A stretch of 64,000 nucleotides of DNA from Fistulifera solaris (taxonomy: Eukaryota): NCBI GenBank assembly GCA_030295235.1, contig AP026169.1, positions 744,001-808,000 on the forward strand. The letters are read 5' to 3'. The notes beneath the pieces are model-generated. The model did not search any database and was not told the DNA's origin. It was given only the letters and a program-made list of their open reading frames with translations. The translations under genes and the position numbers were made by a program. Below, one piece after another: positions 13,900 to 27,814 of this stretch (within the stretch, counting starts at the first letter, position 1; every line of letters begins with the position of its first letter).

Positions 13900-16800
13900 A
13901 TGTTTGGGAAGCTGGCTGATTTAAAGTTACTCGGCAGTCCGGGAAAACGCACAAAAAGCGGTAGCGCATCCGTCGGAGGGGAAGTTGTCAAAAAGCAAGA
14001 AACGGAGGTGTACATTCGACCCGATGGCAAGAAAGTTCGACGCGTTAAAACGACAATTGTACGGACGAAGTCGTCGGATAGTAATTCGGGTGATATCGCG
14101 CAAATGCGCAGCAGTTTAGCCAATACACTCGATGCCGGAAATTCCGTCAAACCCAAAGTAAATGCCTCCGCAACCGTTCACGGATCAACTCCCGCTTCTC
14201 GCGGTATCAAAGTAGCGCAATCCTTTACAGAAGGCGAAGTTTATATTCGTGCCGACGGAAAGAAAGTGAGACGAGTCAAGAAAATCGTCGACCCAAAATC
14301 TGTGAACGATCTCATCACACCGGAAGCCGAAAAGAAAGCATCTTTATCGGCTTCCCTTTTCAATATGTTGAATTCTCCGGCTTCGCCTAGCGGCAATAAG
14401 AAAAGTGGTGCAGCGACGATAGGAGGAGCCCGAGTTCCAGAGGGTGAGATATACATTCGTCCCGACGGAAAGAAAGTACGGAGAATCATCAAGAAAGCAG
14501 TGCCGGCGGATCTCTCCGAGGCAAACTCTGCCAAAGCATCCTTGACCGCAAAACTAGGAACTCCCACGAAGAGTGGAGCAGCGACCGTTAGTGGAGTAGC
14601 GAGACCATTGGAAGGTGAAATTTATATTAACAAAGATGGCAAAAAGTACGTCGCGTCCCAAAGAAATCGACCGCTTCCGTCGCGCCGCCACCTTCCGGAG
14701 ATAGTTTGGCGGCGAAATTGGGGTCCAGCATCAAGGCAGCCCCTTCCAAATCGGGCAGTGCCAGTGTGGGTGCGGTTCCGAATCGAAAAATACCGTCACG
14801 CGCCATTTCCTATTCCGAAGGAGAAGTTTACATTCGCGCGGACGGTAAGAAGGTTCGCCGTGTCAAGAAAAATCCGGCTTTGGGTATTCACGCATTGTCG
14901 TTGGCTGAAAAGGACCAAGCATTGTCCAATATGCTAGAAAATCCATCAGCTACGCCGGTCAAGGCGGGAAGTGCGTCGGTAGCAGGAGGACAAGTCGTGA
15001 TCAAACAGCAAGTGGGGGAAATTTACATCAACGCCGATGGAAAGAAAGTCCGCCGCGTACGAAAGATTGTGACCAAACCAAAGGATGGAGCCGCCACACT
15101 CGCGGGACACATGGATGGAACGGCGAAAGTGGCCGGTCCCAGTGGTGCTGCGACGGTGGCCGGAAAGCCGCAGGAAGGAGAGATTTACATTCGAGCGGAT
15201 GGCAAGAAGGTGCGGCGCGTCAAAAAGAAGAGTGAACCGAAAACGACGACAAAGACCATTGCTATTGCAAAGCCCAAAGCAAAGGATGACACTTCATTAT
15301 CGTCGAATACCTCGCTGAACAAATTTAGCAATAAGAAATCATCCGATGGTGCTTCCGTGACATCAACGACGTCGTTGAATAAGTTCAAGAAGAAGAAATC
15401 GTCGGATGGTGCTTCCGTCACATCAAAGACATCCGTAACTAAAGTCAAGAAGAAGAAATCCTCTGACGGCGCTTCGGCTGCTTTGAAACGCAGTGTACAA
15501 GGAAAATCGACTGAGACTGAGGAGGATGACGAGGGCTTCATCACATTAACGATTGCCAAGCCCGATTCTAGTTCGCCGGCGGAAGTCACTGGGGCTGCGG
15601 AGTCATCGAGTGCTTCAACGTTGCTTGACAGCTACCTCGGAAAGCTCAAGAAGTCAAAGAAGAAAGCGTCTGGTAGTGCCACAGTGACCGGTGCAATGGA
15701 GAAGAAATCAACGACGTCGAAGAAGAAGACAGGCGCCCTGGCAGTTGAAGACGATGAATCGGTGGTCGCACCAACAATAGAAGAACTCAAGACTGGGAAG
15801 AAGGCGAAAGACGACACTTCTCATGATAAGCCTACAGAAAATGACAGTGCTCTGGATGGATTTCTCGACAAAAAGAGAGTTTCACGGAAAGGTAAAAGCG
15901 GGGCTGCATCTGTGTCTGGGGACCAAGTTGCTAGTAAAAAGGGCCCCGCAATAGATCTGAGGGAAGAATTCAGAAAGCTAAGAGAGCAGCGAGAAAAGGC
16001 TCAAGCCGCTTCCAAAGCAGCCGAGGCTGTACAAATTGCTGAGGACGACAAAGAGATAGCTAGTAAGTATGTAAAGATGAAACAGATGGGACTGCCTGAC
16101 GATGCCTTGAAACATAAAATGGTGCAAGACGGAGTCTCTGAAGGTATTATTTGTGCCGTGCTGGGATCAGTGAAATCAGAAGTAACCGACATTGGAAGTC
16201 GACCCGCGGAAGAAACGGAAGAACCATTATCTTGTCTAGACCATCTAAAGCAGCTTGACAGCGCGGAACAAGCTATCGCCTCAAAGTACGAGAGAATGAA
16301 GACAATGGGGCTTCCTAATGATGCACTTCAGCATAAAATGACGCAAGACGACGTTTCCCCGAATATCATTGCTGCTGTTTTAGGTGAAGAAATCAAAAAG
16401 GCAAACGATCGGCAGACAGCGCAAGAATCGAATCAATCGGTTACTTTGTCTAAGGACGAAGAGGGAATTGCGGGGTATTACCGTGGCATGGGACTTTCCG
16501 ACGACGCCCTTCGCCTTAAAATGACCCAGGATGAAATAGACTCCAAAATTATTGCTGTGGTCATTGGAGACGAAGCGAAACAAGTTACAGAACTGTCTGC
16601 ACTTGTGGATCATACTACATCACCGCTCTGTGCAGAAGAGGAAGTGATCGCGAATAGCGACAGTAAGATGCAGAAAATGGGATTGCCCGACGATGCAGTT
16701 CGACACAATTTGTTGCTTGATGGCGTCACCCCAAAGCTTGTTGGTGCTGCTACGGGTGAAGAATGGATTGAACCTAAGCTTCTACTCTCAGAAAAAGGTG

Positions 16801-19800
16801 ATCAATCTAAGGACGCTGTTCAGGAACAGCCGTCTCGGGATGAAGTCGACACAGCAGTTGCAGCTGCAATCTCTTCGAGTCTATCAGCAAGCGTTGAAGA
16901 GCAAGCTCAAATTAGCAGCAATCCTCTTGCAACTGCTGATGCAGCCTTATCGAACGATGAAGAAGCCATTGCTGAAACTTACCGTAAATGGGAGAAAATG
17001 GGCCTATCTGAAGCTGCAGTTCGACACAAAATGGACCAAGATGGAGTGAATGATAGAGTTATCGCTGCAGTATTTCAAGATTCGATACCAGAGCCTGCAT
17101 CTGTTACTACCGTTGCTGATTCTGTTAAAGCCGTCGGAACCACTCTAACTTCTGACGAGGAAGCAGTTGTTGACAAATATCGCAAAATGACGAAGACGGG
17201 TTTGCCAGAAGAAGCCGTCAGATACAAGATGGATCAGGATGGTGTCAGTGACAAAATTATTGCCTTAGTTTTTGGTGAATCAACTTCTGATCCAGCTGGG
17301 CCAGAGACGGGTCCTGTGTCGACAACATCAAGCTCTAGTCTAAGCGAAGAAGAAATGGGATTAGCCAGCCAGTATGCGAAGATGAAGAAGATGGGCATGC
17401 CAGAGGAAGCCATCCGTCATAAAATGACGCAGGACGGCGTTGAGTCGAAAATCGTGTCAGCCGTCTTCGGCGAACAGCCGACCGAGAAGCCAGTAGATAG
17501 TTCGAAGCGTTATGCATTGAGCGTTGATGGGCCAAAGGAAGAACAAATTTTAAACGAAACTTTTGAGGTCGCGCTTGACCACGGAGAACGGACGGAGAGT
17601 GGTAAAAGAAGTACGAAACGAAGTTCATGTCATTAGAAGACATCGCAAGACTTTCAGGACAGAGCAAAGAAGCCTTAGAGCAATTGATAAAAGACAAGAG
17701 AAAGAACTCGGAGAAAATCCCCAAGTTTGTTTTGCAGCCTCTTGCAGACGATGAACCGTCGGAAGGTGACATGTTTGAAGTTGAGGTACCCCGTACAAAA
17801 CGTGGTGGCGGAGGGGCCGATTTTGCTGGTGCCAATCCAAAGCTGAAAAACGCTGACCCACAAAAACTGAGAGAGGTCCAAGATGGCCAGGAAGTTGTGG
17901 GATCGGACTTGGCGAATGCGGCACGAGCTGTTTCAGCTCTGGGTGAAAAAGATGTATCTGCGCTACTTGCACAATTGCAACAAGGCGATATGGGTGCATT
18001 ACTGAAGAAAATGCAAAAGTTAGAAAAGCAACTTGCCCAGGCTGGTATTGCAATCGCCGAAGATATCGATTATGACGAAGCCAACAAGAAGGTCGCAGAA
18101 ATAGCCGCCCGCATGGCCGAAATTGGTGGAAGTGATGTCACGCATCCTGATAAAGAAGTCCAAAACCGTCTCAGAGAAGAGTATTTTAAGCTCGAACAAG
18201 AGATGGAACGCTATAGTACAGCTTTGAAGCTCACAGAGGAGTATCAGGCGGAGCAAGAGCGAATGGAACGTCTCTGGGAGGAAGCGAACGATGGACCCAA
18301 TGAAATAGCTCTTCGTAAGATTCGACGTCACATGCCAGTCAAAATCAGAAACATGAGTGAGGCTGAATTGACGAATACCCCTTCTCCTAATGGAAAGTTT
18401 CTTCCTCAAGTCATGGCTAAGAAGTTTAAGCGCACGAATATCTTGCAGCTGCTTCGTGTAAATCCCGACGACATAGAACGAATGCACCCCGCCTCACTGG
18501 AAAATATGCGTGTGGCAGGGCTTACTCTAACAGAGCGGCGAGCAATTTACGCTCATCTAAAACCATTGGGACCAAAGTGGGAGAAAAACAAAGCAGAAGC
18601 AATGACGAAGAGGAAGCATGAATGGTTTAAGATGCTCAAGTTAAACTTCAAAGAGAATGTTGCGCCTTACCAACGGCATGTCGATCAATACGGACCACCT
18701 GAAAACCACGTCGGTTGCCCATTAATAGGAAAACAATGCCCCATAAAAGCAGACAAATTAATCGATTATGACGGGGATTATGGTTGGACTCCCGAGGCTG
18801 AGTATGAAGTTTCACAGGTAACCAAAGCGGATTCTGACGACCCCGGTGCAAAGGCCATGCAAGAAGCTCGTGAGCTTGCCCGCGAAAAGAAGGCGAACGA
18901 ACGCGCTGATTTGCTCAAGAAGCACTATAAAGGAAAACTATTACAGGTGTCCAAAGCCAGTGGAAGTTGCGAGTCAATGGATGAAACAATGGATAAAATG
19001 GAGTTTGCCATCGGTCGTTGGATTCAATTCATTATCGAAAAAGGAAAGGATGAATCTGATGCGGACAAGAAGAAGGAAGTTGCAAATTTCACCGATACAC
19101 TAAACGATATCAAACTGGGTATACTGGACTACTGCAAACGTTCGGGTATACAAACTTCTGGAAAGAAAACTGCCGGCGGTGATGGGCCCGATATCCGAAG
19201 TGCTATTGAATGCGGTCTTGCCGTGGAGGTGTACGAACATGGTCAAGAGTTTTTCAAATTCATTAAGAACCGACTAAAAGAACTTGATGCCAGAGACGCC
19301 CGAGTGGAAAAGACTATTGAACTGTTAGAGACCATGCTTTCTGAATTGAATGAAAAGAACAAGAGCACACTTGCCAGCCTTGGTGTACCATGCCCAGACA
19401 AGTCCAGGAAACTCAAGAAAGCTGCGGAGATTCGAAAAGAGATTGAAGAGAAGATGCAGCCAAGCGAAGAAACACCCGCAGAGGAAGATTCACCGAGTAC
19501 CAGAGGCCCACATGGTGGCGGAGGCCGAGGTGGTTTACTCGGAGAAATTGCTGGCAGAGGAGGTCGCGGTGGCCTATTGGACTCAATTAAAGGTGGCCGC
19601 GGAAGAGGCGGTGGACGTGGTGATCTTCTTGCAGGCATTGCTGGACGAGGAAGAGGTGGCCGTGGTGCTGGGGGCGACGGGGGCGGCCGAGGAGGTCTTC
19701 TTGCTGCTATTCAAGGTCGAGGTGCGGGTAATGCTGGAGGCAGAGGAGGTCTCCTTGCTGCCATTCAAGGTCGAGGTGCTGGCGACACCGGAGGTCGAGG

Positions 19801-19897
19801 TGGTCTTCTTGCTGCCATTCAAGGTCGAGGTGCCCCAGATGCCGGCGGGCGAGGTGGTCTTCTTGCTGCCATCCAGGCTCGCGGGGGCGGAGGTTAA
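13900..19897 (+). CDS. ~2000-aa modular repeat protein, putatively cytoskeletal (7x GExYIxxDGKKVRR, 7x CCDC53-like KYxKMxxMGLP, 7x WH2-like RGGLLAAI), split by frameshifts at ~14645 and ~17605
   Basis: Three overlapping ORFs. The GKKVRR repeat continues across the first break, which lies in an A-run inside one repeat copy. Confidence 0.75.
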
Positions 19898-20262
19898 AGT
19901 GGACGATATTATTGGTATTTATCGCTTCAGTAAAAATGTCACGGCATCATTATGGGGTTTGAAATTCATTTCGAGTTTCTCCTGGCGTCGTCACGGGCAA
20001 CCCTGCCCAATCTCAGGAGAGGAGGCGTCATGAAGAAAAAATATTAATCTTAAATTCAAGGACTTACTCCGTAATTGATATAGAGAAACAACTTTGCTTA
20101 CGATATCAGGTCGATTTTTAGTGAACCGGTTAATCGGGAAATGGGCAGCAAATTGACACATGAAATTCTACTTCTTGCACAATTCTTAAATAGATTAAAT
20201 TTGAGAAGATCGTGTGAAAGGAAACAAATTACATTTAAAAGCATATAAATAAGGGAACGAGC

Positions 20263-21345
20263 TTAAGAGACAAGGGCGTCCGAAGCAGCAGACAGGTTGA
20301 TTTGGGCTCGCGACAACTTTGTTCGCAAATAGTAGACGTATCCGGCAAGCAGAACGGACAAAGTGGTGAAGAGACCGATTGCCACGGCAGCCGCCTTGCT
20401 CTTGCCCCTGCTCGACGTTCGAATCACACCGTCGTTACGAATGACTTTTACGCCTTCAATGTAGTTGCAGGAAGATTCGTTGGGATAATCGATGTTCATG
20501 CGAGTCTCGCATTTTCCAGAAACTTGGTAAACGTTCGAGCACACTTCCCTGCTTTGCGCGTAACCATTGTCGTTGGTTTGCGAGCAGGCTAAACATTTTG
20601 TGCTAACAAGGGAGCTGGAAGAATAGGGAAGCGCATATCCCATCGCATTGTAGAACATATCAGGACCGTTTTGAGAGAATGTAGTGCACGTGTCGTCCGT
20701 GAAAACTCCCAATCGAATTTCGCCGCCTTGATCAGCGCAATAGGGACCGATGTAATACAAAAGTCTGATCGTAATTGTTGTTGAACTGGAATTGTTGGCA
20801 CTCTGTGTATTGTTGTGCCTGAAAGCCCTGGTTTTGAGCATACTGTTGACAATCGTACTCGCTGAATGCCTGATAACAGCCCGACCAGCAGTCCTCCGAA
20901 TTTCCATTTCCACATTGGTTGTTGCACATTTCCTGAGCGTAACCGCACTTCTCGTCTCTCTCCTCAGCAATCGTCTGCATGTAGGATTGCAAGAATGTAC
21001 TCATATCGACAATATAGTCACCGTACTTTGAACGACAACCGACCGATTTTTCGTTGCTGCAGTCATCCGAAGGGCACAATCGGAAGCGAGCCAATCGCTT
21101 TGTCATGACCCGAACATTACTTCCTGCATCAGCATTGGCGTTCCATTGTTGAATGTGATGACATCCTTGGAATTTGATGGAGTATTGATTCAGGAAATTG
21201 AAACTATTATCTTGCTGTTGTAACTCACGGTCCGCTCCGGCGGCAGCCAGCAACTCCCGACCCTGAGCCGAGTTTGCAGAGATACCGGTAGCCATGCTGC
21301 TACCGATAGAGATGGCGACAGTCAAAAGGGAATTGATAGCAACAT
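20263..21345 (-). CDS. Silicanin (Sin1)-family silica deposition vesicle membrane protein, with apparent frameshifts ~21327 and ~20760
   Basis: Signal peptide, RxL motif (DRELQQQ), YSIKFQGCH, RFRLCP, N/Q-rich Cys-rich lumenal domain, YYIGPYC..LGVFTDDTC, a single C-terminal TM helix and a short tail. Confidence 0.75.
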
Positions 21346-21786
21346 TCTTCTTTTGATCTTGGTCGAATGCTTTGAATGAAACTGTCTGGATGAGATGCGC
21401 GATGTTTGTGTTTAGTGTGCGGCGATTTTCATCGACGTTTTGATGAGCGATTTCTCTTAAGTCTAAAACCACATCTCTCATTGGTACCTACAGGCATGTA
21501 AGTTCGAAAAACGTCATGTATAGAATGCAACGAACTGAATTAGCCTAAATAAATCGTGTCGAGTACGTCATATTATTTTCTCGACTATGGGCAACGAGTA
21601 CGAGTGATCCTTTAACTCGTAAACTTAATGGATTTTCGAAATACGACTCCGATGAAGATCAGTCCCGGAAAATTTCCGTTGAGGCTTGAGCCAACTGAGC
21701 GCATTGAAGACTTCAGTTTTATGTTTTCAATTCCGTCAGATTTCATCAAAGTAAGAAGAGCGTAATATGTAATTACTACTCCAGGA

Positions 21787-24700
21787 TTAATCTTCTCCAT
21801 TCTTTGCTTTACTACCAAGTGCAAGAATGTTTTTGAAAGCAAATTCAGATCCGCCTTGCTGTTGTTCTTGGGATCGGGCTCCTCCTCCGGCAGCTTTTGC
21901 AATACGAACAACGTCAACTGGGTTAGGATCCAACTTGTGCCTGTAAATAGAAGAGCTAAGTTTTTCCCATCTTCCAAACCATTCGTACAGAACTTTGACA
22001 AGAGCTTTCCACGCAACAGGCAACAGACCACCCTCTTCCGATAAGTGCTTCTCCATTCTTCCAAACATGGAACTGATCTTTTCTTTGAGAATGTCGCGAT
22101 TCGCTTCTTTCGTAAGCAAACGCACAAACTGATTCTTGGGAATATTTTTAGCAACTTCACTGTCTCCAACATTCTTCCGTAATTTCGATACCCTCGAAAA
22201 GAGATCGTGCAGAGCAGTGAACTCGCGTTTGATCATCCAACCTAAATACGCATCTGTGCTGTCTTTACATATGGTATTTGCCTTTGCAATTTGCTTTGCA
22301 AATAGCTCTTCCATGATTGGACCACGCTCTTTCATTGCCTGAGTGAAATAGTACGTGTTTTCCATCAACATAACGTTAGCACCATACTGTTTGTCAGTTG
22401 ATTCTCTGTTCGCGCATTCTCGCAAACTGTCCAACAAAGCAGATGCCATCTTTTGCATGTAATAGTTTATGACTTTGATTCCAGACAGATCAGGGTTAAA
22501 ATCTGCCGGGCGCCCTTCTCTGTAGCAATGCATCACGTGGTCCAAGAAGCATGGAAAACGCATGAAACTTGGAAAGACTCCAACTCGCTTTGCTGCAATC
22601 GGCACTCCATCGTTCGAGCGAATCCATTCGATCTGTTTTTCCACCCAATTGACCCATTGCTTATCCGCAGTCTTTCGAAGATCGAGAATGGTTGCACGGA
22701 CGTAAGCAAGCGACAGCGAATGGTCACCGCCTTTCTTTTCTCGGTCGATATAGTTATCCATGATCTCGTTCAAGTAGATCGACGAAATCAAACAAAGCAT
22801 CGGATCGGTTCTTGGTATCTGATCCGGTGGTAAGTTCCCCCTCCAATTCTGGCGACTGGATGCCGCACGTTCGACTGATGTAATATCTGAAATGCTGAGA
22901 GGCTTTATCCACAGCAAGCTTCGAGTTTTCGAAATTGCGTTTCTTCTCACGTCCGTCTTGATCCTTCGAACTGTTTCCGAAAAGGGCCGACGTGAAATAA
23001 GCTTCACGCGCAATGACGGGAAGAAGTTCCGTTAACGCTGCTTTAATGTCATTGGCATTCACACCTTGGTACTTGGTAGGTTCATTGGACGAGGGTGGGG
23101 GATAGTCCTTTAGATCTTTACCGATTCGGGTAAGGTACGCCAAATTCTTTCCCGGGAGAGCTTGAAAGTAACCCTTCATGCGTTTTTTCATCAAAATGCC
23201 CTCAGCTACCATTTCCGCATACGATTCTCTCAAAGCCGGTAGCATTTCAGGACTAAGAGCTGCAAGCACTTCGATTAGTTTTAGATAGCCCAATAAAGCC
23301 GACTGAAACTTCCTCTGGGTATCGCGAATCTTTCGAGCAATCTGCTCGAGAAGAGAAAAAGGTTAGATTATTTCGCAACAAAACATCCTTGCCCTTTGCA
23401 TAAACTTACGATAACGTGTGTATCATTCTTCGACACCTTTCCGTTATCACTTCCAGCAACAACTTCTGTTTTGAACTGTTCCATGACCGTTACAATAATT
23501 TGCGCCAGCTGCCTGCAAAACGTCATGGACAAGGTCGTTAATCCCTTCGCACGTTGGCTCACAGGTCGTAAGTGCATTCCACCTGTTTTACGAGGATATT
23601 CGATGGCCTCTTGGAGTGCTTTGCCTGCTTCGTAAATTTGCTCAACGCCGTGTTCGCTCTCCTCGACATCCACCATCCCATCCTCATCGTATACGAGATG
23701 CTGGGCGGGATTTTTCAGAACCTCTTCCAACTCTTCGTGGATATCTAGTCCTATCAGCAAGTGCCTGATTTCCGAGCCAAGCATTTCATAGGACTTCCAC
23801 TGTTGTTCCAACTGGCGGTTCTCCTCTTCAATGTCGGCACAATCATCAGTCAATGGTTTAATTGCTGCCGCTCGATCTTGAAGCCATTCCTCCATCTGCA
23901 ATAATTCTGTATCGAGTGACTCCAGCATTTTAAAGAGCGAAGCTAGGGCAAGTGCATCAACACTGTCTCTCGTATCGTCTTCTTCGGGCTGTCCACTCAT
24001 AAATGCCAGTTTGTGGCTTCGACCCGCCGCCTTCTCGTCTTCCCAAGCGATCAAACGACGACAAGTTTCTGCTTCTAGATCGCGCATGCGGCTCTGCAAC
24101 ATGAAACTCAATTGCTCGGCGATACTCCAAACTGCGGCTTGGTCCGTATCCAGGTCGATCGAGTTCAAGATTTCCTCAGCATCTTTGCGTTCCTCTTCCG
24201 ACTGGAAGAGCGTGATGCGAGTCGCAAAGTTGCCCATCATCAAGTCATATGCCATGTTATCAACTTCTTCCAAATCGACCTTCTCTTCGCTATTTAACTC
24301 GATTTTCTGCTGATGGTGCGTCCCTGCTTCAATCCCCAGCATAGCACGATGCCTTTCCAACAAAACAGGAAGAACTTCTGACTTTCGTAAGAACCCATTC
24401 ACCGTTGCCACATACTGTAGTTCGGCTCTGTCCAAGTTGCGAACGTTAAGCGGCGGAAGAAACGTTCGTTCCATACCGGCCGGAAGATGTTGCGCATTGT
24501 GTTCTACCACCGAGACACACAACATCGCGTGAATCTGCAGCAGCGACCAAATAAAGCGTTCTTTATCCATAGAACCTTCCGCTTCTTGGTATTCATTTTT
24601 GGCATCGGCGTGATCAAAGTCAATACGCAACGTATCGCCGTTCCGAAACGCCAATTGCACCACGGTCGAATGCAGATCTTGAACCGTAGTTAACTGATCC

Positions 24701-25956
24701 AGTCGTATCAACTTGCGGATATCAGGTGCAGTTCCGCTATGATGAAGCGTCATGAATACCAAGACGGGGAAAGAAGAAATCTCGTCTTCTGCTGGAGCCG
24801 CCGCAACAGTGGAGATGCCAGCTTCATCTCCCGGTGCACTCTCTTCTTGGGTCGAAGTATTCATCTTCGAGTCGGAGCTCGCTAACTGCGCAGTCTTGCT
24901 GTCATGCATCGAATCTGAGACCGACAGGTCTTCCGTTCCGTGGCCTTCCGGAGCAAACATTGCATCGTAATCATCACGCTCGGACACGTCTTCCATTTCA
25001 CGTGTGGCTTTTTTGCTTTCTTTTGCATAGAGCGGAGCCACCAAAGGCTTGTTGGTGGACCTTGCCACCAGCACATATCGCAACTTATTGCGTCCTTTTC
25101 CAGTCGTCCCTCCGTACAAGCCCAGCGAACGCTTGTGCGACTTGAAATTTCCGGGATACTGTAGGGCGGACATGGCGACAGCTTCCGTCCCCTGACTCTC
25201 GAACGATTCACAGCGGAAACACATGAGCGTTTCCTGCTGCATCGTTTCGGGATATCCTTCCATGACTGCGCCTCCAATCGAGTATCGATCGACTTTTAAG
25301 GGAGGAACGACCACACGCGCCGCGAAATTGGCGACGTGGGTCAAGTTCTTGGGATCGGTGATTCGTTCCACGGTGGCCCCAAATTGCGCATTCAGATTAC
25401 TATTTGCCGTCGCGGAAACACGATTGAACAGAAAGTTCCGATTCGGATCTTCTTCTTCCATCCCTCCCACATCAATCCTCGACAAGATGCGATTGAGACG
25501 ATTTGTCCCGGCCGATTTTTCAATGTGACGTGTTTTACTATTTGAAGGAGCACTCATCTGCACGGCATCATCCGCATTCTCGGAATCGTCATCATCATGA
25601 TGCATTCTGATTTTCCTATTCTCTAATTGCGTGGATTCATCATCATTTTGATTCTCGGAATCGTCTTCTCCATCCTTGCCGTAGACACGGTAGACCGGAC
25701 GTGCGACATTATCTAAATCAACTTGGTGACGCACCGCACGTTCTCGCGTCTTTTTCTCTCGATTACTTTTGGCTTTGTCGTCGTCGTCTTCATCTTCCTC
25801 GTCGTCATCGCGATCACGTCGACGCAGCCTTAATTTCGCGGGGAAATTGACCTTGAGATCAAAGCCGCCCGACTCCTTTTGTGCTCCTTCATCATCGTTG
25901 TCTTCGTTCCCGCGACCTTCTTGGCTTTTTCGAAAGATACCTCGAACGCCCTTCAT
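21787..25956 (-). CDS. Exocyst complex component Sec3/EXOC1-like; intron ~23345-23409, frameshift(s) ~22810
   Basis: Coiled coil QMEEWL..DIEEENRQLEQQ..LGSEI and C-terminal VMLMENTYYF..RMEKHL..LLPVAWK resemble Sec3. Confidence 0.7.
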
Positions 25957-26384
25957 TTAATGTATTGCGAAAGAAACGAGTGATCGGAAGATTATCTAAT
26001 AACCATAGATAGATAGAAACTCTCAATGCAAGTACATACACGGCATCTTCGGAGCAGTCGGTTGAATTATTGCGAGGTGGAGCAGCAGCGTTGCGATCTT
26101 ATTCCGCCGTAATTAAAGGTCGAGTACCGCTTTTTCTTCAACGGAATTATTGCTCCACCTGTAAGACTTGAGTAAAACCTGTCTGAAGTCGTAGTGGTTT
26201 CGTTAATGGATTCGTATTTTGCCCCCAACAATAAAAAGCGTACCAGTACGTTTTCAGCATACTTTGTATAAAGAACATCGATCCACTTTCGCTATTCCAA
26301 CAAACCAGAACAATAGTTATCCTTCCATCTTTCCTTCGCGCAACACAGTTCAATAATCAAATCACGCATAAAATTATCATTCAA

Positions 26385-27699
26385 ATGCCGACATTCGAAG
26401 CCGCCAGTCCAGCAGGAGAGTCAACAACCGAGTTTCTTCTTTACTCGGAAGAAGAAGGAGGAGGAGGAGGAGGAGGAGGGTTCGGAACTTCGACCTCCAC
26501 GGTGGAAGATGAGGCCTTCTCATCGCCAGTAGTGTATCGCGAAGATTTCAGCAATAGTCAGAGAGAACAGCTGTTATACGATGAAACGAATGGTTCTGTG
26601 AACCGCGTACGACTCACGAGTTCGGGGGAAGAGTTACACAGCCTTCGTCGCACGTTGCGAAGATCATTTTCACAACGACGAGCGTCCCATTTGAACGGAT
26701 TGAACTTTTTGAATGTAGTGACGTATGCGGCACACTTGTTCGTTTCCTACGGTATTGGGATTTGGGGATTGAATCATATACTGGAAACACGATGGGAAAT
26801 TATCATGAAATACGAAACTCTCGTCACTCCGGCGCACTGGGCGTATTACTTGTGGGCTCCTATTGTCATTATGGAAGGATTCTTTTCGTTGGCGCAGTTG
26901 CTTCCACATTATCGAGCAAGAAGTCTCATTCAAGGTACGTTTGGAAAGTGTAAGATGTGCCGCACTTGACACCTAATTGTGTCTCTAACATTCAAACATA
27001 CAGATGGCACATCCTTTTTCTTCTTTTACACTTTTGTGATTCAGACGGCTTGGACGTTCTTCTTTTCATTTCAACTTTTTATCTTGTCTTTCATTTCCGT
27101 CGTCGGTGCACTACTGTCACTCCTCTCATTATTGGCGTCGCAGCATAAATCACTACTTTCGGAGCGGCGACGAAACTTGGTCGAATACACACTCTTCCGT
27201 TGTCCCTTTTACTTGCATACCGGGTGGATGGCATTGATGACGCTCGATCACATGTGCTTGTTGGTGCGGCGATATGCACCGGAACACGTAGGGATGCAAG
27301 TGGCGGCGGATATACTGGCGCTGGCATTCATGTTCGCCGTCGCCATTGTGCCCTTGACACTGTCAACTCCCGTCTGCTGGCCACAACAAGATTTCATTAT
27401 TCCACTTGTTGTTATATGGTACGTCGGAGGGAACGCTTCTTGCTTTTGAGATCATGAAGCATCCTTACTCTCACGCAATTGGTTGTGTATCTGTTTTTAG
27501 GTCTTACATTGGCATTGCTTGGCATTTAGAAGACCCCAGCGAGACCATGATCGATATTTACGGTGAAGTTATTATTCACGCAGTCAAGTATGGATCGTAT
27601 TTCTTGGCAGCTGCAGCTAGTTGCGCTCTCGTACCGTGTGTTGTTGTTTGGGTGGCCCGTGAATTCTGTACGATTCGAATAGTTGAACTCGATGACTGA
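26385..27699 (+). CDS. Multi-pass membrane protein (TspO / tryptophan-rich-sensory-protein-like), 3 exons
   Basis: TLVTPAHWAYYLWAPI, PFYLHTGW and TM helices. GT-AG introns at ~26935-27003 and ~27419-27500. Confidence 0.65.
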
Positions 27700-27814
27700 A
27701 GAAATGGCCGACGAGAGCCGACGCTACACGCTGAACCACACAATGCTAATAGTCCAACGTTCGACAAAGACAGAACAAAACCATCTAAGGTTAATCATTT
27801 AATTGAAATAGCGT

